In this document: piece by piece, positions 58,726 to 64,000 of the stretch
How the letters are laid out: every line of letters starts with the position of its first letter
Position numbering within the stretch: position 1 is the first letter of the stretch
Source of the DNA: Pseudomonadota bacterium
GTDB taxonomy: Bacteria; Bdellovibrionota_B; Oligoflexia; Oligoflexales; CAIYRB01
Length of the DNA stretch: 64,000 nucleotides
Direction: 5' to 3'
NCBI GenBank assembly: GCA_031416315.1
Contig: JANOTL010000153.1
Span: 32,001 to 96,000, forward strand
Notes under the pieces: model-generated
Seen by the model: only the letters and a program-made list of their open reading frames with translations
What the model was told of the DNA's origin: nothing
The model's database searches: none
Translations under genes and position numbers: made by a program

Positions 58726-61050
58726 ATGCAGAAAGCCGCTCACGCGCTTCGCGCGGCGCTTGGCTATCGTCCTTGGCGCCTGGATCACCCTTTCCAGCGC
58801 GAGGTCTTTCTCCTCTCCGCCTTCGGCCTGGCGGCCTTTTACGTCACCGCCTTGGCGACGTTTACGCCGACCGACGCCTCGTGGACGACCGCCGTCTTTC
58901 CGCCGCAAGTCCCACAGAACCTTGCGGGCGCCCTCGGCGCCAAGCTTGCCGGCATCGCCTACTTTGGCCTCGGCGCCGCCGCCTGGCTCGCCCCGATCCC
59001 ACTCCTCGTCACCGCCATCTTGATCGTCTCGCGCCGCCCGCACGCCGCCGCGCGCTCGCGCATGATCGGCTGGGCGCTGGTTCTCGCGGCCTCGGCGGCG
59101 ACCGCGACCGTACGCCTGTCCCCACTTTCCGTGCACGGATTCGAGCTTCCCGCCGGCGGCTACGTCGGCAGTGCCGTCTCGGCCCTCCTCTTTCAATACC
59201 TCGGCCACGTCGGCAGCCTGATCGCGATCGCCACCGCTGGCGCGTGCGCCGTGCTGCTCGTTCTGCGTCGCAGCTTGATCGAGCCACTCTGGCGGAATGC
59301 GACTGCGGGCTTCGAGATGCCGGAGCTTCGCCTCCCGAGCTTCCGCCGCGCGCCCTCCACGCAGCCCGAGGAATCCGCCGACGCCCCCGCGGTCGCGGCC
59401 GCGCCCGAGCTTCCGCGTGTCGCTCCCGTTCCCGACTTCTTTCCGCGCGTTCACGACGAGCCGGCGATCGAAGCCGGTGCCGCGCTCGAGGACGAAGTCG
59501 ACGAGCCTGACCACGTCGCTCCCGCGGCCGCGTTCGCGCCCTTCGCGGTCACACCACCGGCACCGAAGAAGCGCTACAACACCCCTTCGCTTGCCCTCTT
59601 CAACCGCACCGACCCCAACGCGCCGTCCTCCGCCAACCCGAAAGAGCTCGAAGCCACCGCCAACTTCCTCGTCAAAACCCTGCTGGATTTCGGCGTCGAA
59701 GGCCGCATCGTCGGCTATCAGCCCGGCCCCGTCGTCACCACCTTCGAGTTTCAGACCGAAGCCGGCACGAAACAAGCGCGCGTCCTCTCGCTCATCGACG
59801 ACATCGCGCTCGCCCTCAAGGTCGACTCGATCTTCATCCATCCCGTCAAAGGCAAGAGCGCGCTCGGCATCCAGGTGCCGAACACGAAGCGCGAGGCCGT
59901 CTTCTTCGGCGACGTCGTCGCCGCCGCCGCCTTCCGCGACACGCCGTCGCCGCTGACGTTCGGCATGGGCAAGTCGATCAGCGGGCAGCCGATGTGCGCC
60001 GATCTCGCCGCGATGCCGCACCTCCTCGCCGCCGGCGCCACGGGCTCGGGCAAATCCGTCGCCATCAACGCGCTCCTCTCCAGCATCATCATGAAGTCGA
60101 GCCCCGACGACGTGCGCATGATCCTCGTCGACCCGAAGATGCTCGAGCTCTCCGTCTACGAAGGCATCCCGCACCTCCTGATGCCCGTCATCACGGAGCC
60201 CGACAAAGCCTCGCTCGCGCTGAAATGGGCGACCCACGAAATGGAGCGCCGCTACCGGCTGATGCAGCACGGCGCCGTGCGTAACATCGCGGGTTTCAAC
60301 GATTTTTTGGAGAAGGCCAGCCCCGCTCGCTTAGCCCAGCTCGCCGAGGCGACGGGCGATCCGCAGATCGAGAAGCTTCCTTACATCATGCTCGTCATCG
60401 ACGAGCTCGCCGACCTGATGATGACCGCGCCGAAAGACGTCGAGTCCTCGATCCAACGGCTCGCGCAAAAAGCCCGCGCCTCCGGCATCCACATGGTCCT
60501 TGCGACGCAGCGTCCTTCCGTCGACATCATCACCGGCGTCATCAAAGCCAACTTGCCGTGCCGCATCGCCTTCCAGGTCGTCTCGAAGCACGACAGCCGC
60601 ACCATCCTCGACCTGATCGGCGCCGAAAAGCTCCTCGGCAAAGGCGACATGCTCTTGCAGCGTCCGGGTATCGGCAAGCTCGAGCGCATCCAAGGGGCCT
60701 TCATCAGCGACGAAGAAGTGATCAACCTCGTCGCCGCCGTGAAGCGCGACTACGGCGCCGCTCGTTACGACGAAGCCATCATGGGCTGGATCGACGACGA
60801 GCTGACGCGCCAGAAATCCTCGGACAAAGGCGAAGATCTCGACAACGACGCGATGGAAGACGATCCGCGCTACGGCGAGGCTCTCAACATCGCCCGCACG
60901 CACGGCGTCGTCAGCGCCAGCTTCCTGCAGCGCCACCTGAAAATCGGCTATAACCGCGCCGCCCGTATCGTCGAGTTCATGGAAAAGCGCGGCCTGGTCG
61001 ACAAAGCCGACGGCGCCAAGCCGCGGAAGTGGCTCGGGCCCGTCGCATGA
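58726..61050 (+). CDS. ftsK: DNA translocase FtsK
   Basis: N-terminal TMs, GPVVT.FE, MPHLL.AGATGSGKS, IDELADLMM, ATQRPS, gamma domain LQR.LKIGYNRAA. Confidence 0.97.
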   Translation: MQKAAHALRAALGYRPWRLDHPFQREVFLLSAFGLAAFYVTALATFTPTDASWTTAVFPPQVPQNLAGALGAKLAGIAYFGLGAAAWLAPIPLLVTAILIVSRRPHAAARSRMIGWALVLAASAATATVRLSPLSVHGFELPAGGYVGSAVSALLFQYLGHVGSLIAIATAGACAVLLVLRRSLIEPLWRNATAGFEMPELRLPSFRRAPSTQPEESADAPAVAAAPELPRVAPVPDFFPRVHDEPAIEAGAALEDEVDEPDHVAPAAAFAPFAVTPPAPKKRYNTPSLALFNRTDPNAPSSANPKELEATANFLVKTLLDFGVEGRIVGYQPGPVVTTFEFQTEAGTKQARVLSLIDDIALALKVDSIFIHPVKGKSALGIQVPNTKREAVFFGDVVAAAAFRDTPSPLTFGMGKSISGQPMCADLAAMPHLLAAGATGSGKSVAINALLSSIIMKSSPDDVRMILVDPKMLELSVYEGIPHLLMPVITEPDKASLALKWATHEMERRYRLMQHGAVRNIAGFNDFLEKASPARLAQLAEATGDPQIEKLPYIMLVIDELADLMMTAPKDVESSIQRLAQKARASGIHMVLATQRPSVDIITGVIKANLPCRIAFQVVSKHDSRTILDLIGAEKLLGKGDMLLQRPGIGKLERIQGAFISDEEVINLVAAVKRDYGAARYDEAIMGWIDDELTRQKSSDKGEDLDNDAMEDDPRYGEALNIARTHGVVSASFLQRHLKIGYNRAARIVEFMEKRGLVDKADGAKPRKWLGPVA

Positions 61051-61122
61051 TCCCGCTCTTGCCGGTGCATCACGATCCCTCAGCGGTTGGCGTTGCGTGG
61101 CGCACCGCACAAGCTCTAGGAG

Positions 61123-61470
61123 CTATCGCCCGCGCCGCAGCGAGAGCTCCCCGCTGTCCAGCTGAATCGTCGCCGTCTCGAGCTTTGCCCGAAGCTCCCC
61201 CGGCACGACCAACTCGACGTGTCCCCAAAGCTTCAAGGTCTTCGCCGCGCTGTCATGGGTGATCATGTCCGCGGTCCCATAAACGTATTCGTGCGACTCC
61301 TCGAAGCGCGCACAAAAGCGCGGCCGCCGAGGACTGCTCTCGCCCCCCTCGCCGATCGTGCGCGACCCAATCTTCTGCACGTTCACGGCATCGATCCGGA
61401 CGCCCCCGATCTCGACACCGGCGCAATCCGCCCCGGTCAGACCAAACATCAGCGCCCAGACTGCGACCAT
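61123..61470 (-). CDS. Hypothetical secreted beta-rich protein
   Basis: Hydrophobic N-terminus; AD.IT.D.....L.L.G.V resembles OstA-like strands. Confidence 0.45.
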   Translation of the reverse strand: MVAVWALMFGLTGADCAGVEIGGVRIDAVNVQKIGSRTIGEGGESSPRRPRFCARFEESHEYVYGTADMITHDSAAKTLKLWGHVELVVPGELRAKLETATIQLDSGELSLRRGR

Positions 61471-61515
61471 CGGCTCTTTCCTCCAAGCTTGTCAGCCTAA
61501 AGGAGAGCACGACGA

Positions 61516-62571
61516 TCATGAGGATCCGATGACCTCGCGAAGGGACTGTCCCATGGCCTCCAGCGAGAACAGCGCTTTCGCTCGCCGCGCGCGCACGCTC
61601 TTCGCACCATCGCCCTCGTGGACGCTCTTCTCGACCCAAGCGGTCACGATTTGCGCGGCCTCGGTCTCGCTCCTCCCGCGATAGCTTGCCCCCGCGTCAC
61701 TAAACAGAACCTCGTCGAGTGACCCGACGCCCGAGACCACCACCGGCGTCCCGCAGAGCAAAAACTCCTCCGCCACCCGCGCGATGATCTCCGACCCCAA
61801 GCTCGGTACGACGCCCAGCGCCGCTTCGCCCATTAGCTTCGGCACGTCTTCAACCCGCGCGAACGTCAGCTTCGTATCCGCCTCGGCTCCGTGCTTGGCG
61901 ACCAAGCGCCGGACCTCGCTTTCAGAGATGTTCGCCGCTTCCCCGACGATATGCAGCACCGGCTTCGTCGCAGCATCCGTCCAGGCCCGCCACACCTGCG
62001 CCATGATCCGCAGGATCGCGGCATGCCCTTTGACGGGATCGAGCCGTCCCAAGACCACGACTTCGGGCCGCTTCGCTGGCAGCAAGAAATCGTCGCGCCG
62101 CCGATACCGCGCCTCGTCACAGCCGAGCGGGACGACGTGGACGCGCGCATTTCGCAACGCCTCCGCGACAAAGACGCTCGGCGCGATGACCCGGTCGAAC
62201 GGCGCCAGCGCCATCTTCATTCGCACGCGTCCCAAAGCGCCGCCGGGCACCTCGTGCCCGCGAAACCGCACCTTCTTCCCTTTCGCCGCGAGAAAGCGGC
62301 TTAGAAAGCTCTCCTGACCTCCGTAAACGACGATGTGGTCCGGCGCAAACTTCGCCCCGATCCGCCGCGCCTCGTGCGCAGCGCCCACGCCGAATTCATT
62401 CAGCGGCTCCACTTCGAGCCCCGCGTCCCGCGCGCGCCGTTCCGCCGGCGATCCTGCCAAAGGCGAGAACAAGGTCGTCGCCCCTTGCATGGCCAAGGAC
62501 CGCGCCGCGCTCAACGCATACTCGGTGATCGCGCTATTCCAACGATTCGACGAGAGGTGCCAGACTTTCAC
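61516..62571 (-). CDS. Glycosyltransferase family 4
   Basis: LGRLDPVKGH, VPSLGSE...RV..E, G.PVV.S.VG. Confidence 0.88.
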   Translation of the reverse strand: MKVWHLSSNRWNSAITEYALSAARSLAMQGATTLFSPLAGSPAERRARDAGLEVEPLNEFGVGAAHEARRIGAKFAPDHIVVYGGQESFLSRFLAAKGKKVRFRGHEVPGGALGRVRMKMALAPFDRVIAPSVFVAEALRNARVHVVPLGCDEARYRRRDDFLLPAKRPEVVVLGRLDPVKGHAAILRIMAQVWRAWTDAATKPVLHIVGEAANISESEVRRLVAKHGAEADTKLTFARVEDVPKLMGEAALGVVPSLGSEIIARVAEEFLLCGTPVVVSGVGSLDEVLFSDAGASYRGRSETEAAQIVTAWVEKSVHEGDGAKSVRARRAKALFSLEAMGQSLREVIGSS

Positions 62572-63356
62572 TTCGCCGCCGTCTCGAGCTCACGCAATTT
62601 CGCGTACTTCACGAAGGCATAAAGGCTCGAAAGCAATGCGTAGCAATACCCCGGATACCCGTCGAGAAACCCGAGCCGCAGGAAATACCGGGACACGAAC
62701 TCGCCCCAAGGGCGCAGCACGTGCGCGACGAACGGGGGCATCCGCCTCCCGCCCCGCCGATGCTCCTCGGCGATCCGCGACGTGTAGAAGTTGAACCGTT
62801 TGAAATAGTCCGAGAGGTCGTCATAGCTGACGTGCAGGAGCTCGCCTTCGAGCCGCGCCGCCGACGCACCGCCGCTCAGGACGAAGTGCTCGTGAATGCT
62901 CGCTTCGAAGCGCCCCGCCCCCCGCTTCCACAGCCGCAGCGGCGCGTCAGTCGTCTTCCCGAAGCGCATCCGCCGCCCCATGAAGAAGAGACGCCGGCGC
63001 ACCCGATACCCGGGCGCAGCCTTATCCCCGGACGCCACGACCGCTTCGATCTGCGCCCGCAGCTCCGGCGTCGCCTCCTCGTCCGCGTCGATCGAAAAGA
63101 CGAAGCCGCGAGTCGCCAAGGCGATCGCGGCATTTTTCTGATCGGCGTGATTGGTGAACGGGCGGGTCGAGAAAAGGGCCCCGCACCTCAAAGCAATTTG
63201 CTCGGTCTGATCGGTCGATCCCGAATCCAGAACTAGAACCTCGGCGCCGTCGGGCAAACTGCGAAGACAGCGCTCCAGATGGCGCTCCTCGTTCAGCGTG
63301 ATGACGACGCAAGAAAGGTCGAGATTCAGTCTTTGTTCGAGAACGAAGCCGCCCAC
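62568..63356 (-). CDS. Glycosyltransferase family 2 (LPS core type)
   Basis: VITLNEE, DSGSTD.T, QKN.A, IDADE, IHE, GFLDG..G. Confidence 0.9.
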   Translation of the reverse strand: MGGFVLEQRLNLDLSCVVITLNEERHLERCLRSLPDGAEVLVLDSGSTDQTEQIALRCGALFSTRPFTNHADQKNAAIALATRGFVFSIDADEEATPELRAQIEAVVASGDKAAPGYRVRRRLFFMGRRMRFGKTTDAPLRLWKRGAGRFEASIHEHFVLSGGASAARLEGELLHVSYDDLSDYFKRFNFYTSRIAEEHRRGGRRMPPFVAHVLRPWGEFVSRYFLRLGFLDGYPGYCYALLSSLYAFVKYAKLRELETAAK

Positions 63357-63661
63357 TGCATGTTGCTATCGCGGTTTTCGACGTCGACGATCACGGGATA
63401 ACCCTTGCGAATCGTCTGGGTCGCGTTGGAGACCGTCACCACGGCATAGGCGCCGCGGCGTTTCACGATACGGCCGACCGCGATGACGCGCGCCTTCTCG
63501 TCCATCACCTTGACCCGATCACCGATGATGCCTTCTTCGACTTTGACGACGCATTTCGAGCCGCCGGTCGAGCAATTATAGACGCTAGCCGCTTCGGAAA
63601 CCGAAGCCAACACGAAATTCGAGAGCAACACGGCGACGATGGAGAACAACAGCTTCCGCAT
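63326..63661 (-). CDS. Hypothetical secreted protein
   Basis: Signal peptide MRKLLF...SEA; open frame. Confidence 0.65.
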   Translation of the reverse strand: MRKLLFSIVAVLLSNFVLASVSEAASVYNCSTGGSKCVVKVEEGIIGDRVKVMDEKARVIAVGRIVKRRGAYAVVTVSNATQTIRKGYPVIVDVENRDSNMQWAASFSNKD

Positions 63662-63850
63662 AAACAACCTTTCAACGTCAGATCAGCTTCCGCAGGGAGA
63701 ACAACAGCAACAGCCGCAGACCCTTGAGCAAGTCTCGTTCCGGCGCGGATTCAGGGAGTTTCGGGTGCTTGCGGGAGCTTCGGGCTGAGGAAAGGCTGCC
63801 GCCCCGTCCAAAAGTTAGACAGGGCAGGCGGGCTTGGGCGGGGGAAGGAC

Positions 63851-64000
63851 TCAGCGGCCGGCGGCGGCGCCGATTTCAGCGGCGACTTCGGCGGCGCGCG
63901 TGACGGCGGCCGACTTCTTCGCGGCGGCGGCCTTGGGGGCGGCCTTCCTCACCGGCTTGGCGTTTTCGACTTTGTTCTTGAGGTCTTTCACCACGGAAAG
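63851..64000 (-). CDS. 3' end of a gene with a Lys/Ala-rich tail (possibly HU/histone-like)
   Basis: LSVVKDLKNKVENAKPVRKAAPKAAAAKK...*; truncated by the window edge. Confidence 0.4.
   Translation of the reverse strand, partial: LSVVKDLKNKVENAKPVRKAAPKAAAAKKSAAVTRAAEVAAEIGAAAGR

Overview
High-GC bacterial chromosome segment. Gene content (several short flagellins, a TIGR02147-like gene, many orphan lipoproteins) suggests Bdellovibrionota/Oligoflexia, which is an inference. Housekeeping blocks are nadA, two fliC, tilS-ftsH-folP-cdaA-cdaR-glmM-pdxJ-tsaE, modA/modBC, a murE-like gene, htpX, mdh, ftsK and LPS glycosyltransferases. They alternate with accessory stretches next to three tRNAs (Arg-ACG, Ser-GCT, Ser-TGA). 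Most notable: (1) a KaiA-less kaiB-kaiC pair with intact T/S/T phosphosites, divergent from a hybrid PAS histidine kinase; (2) a LysM lipoprotein whose 3' UTR carries repeats complementary to its own ribosome-binding site; (3) a TIGR02147-like gene between two paralogous lipoproteins, with divergent sigma28-type promoters; (4) recurring sigma28-type promoters, two apparently leaderless; (5) a truncated two-domain adenylate cyclase with complementary catalytic losses like mammalian C1/C2; (6) a thiolase broken by a mosaic of an IS91-like remnant, an AT-rich gene, darT-like and cheB-like fragments and a dead IS66. No CRISPR array or rRNA was seen. All family calls come from reading motifs by eye; no database search was run.
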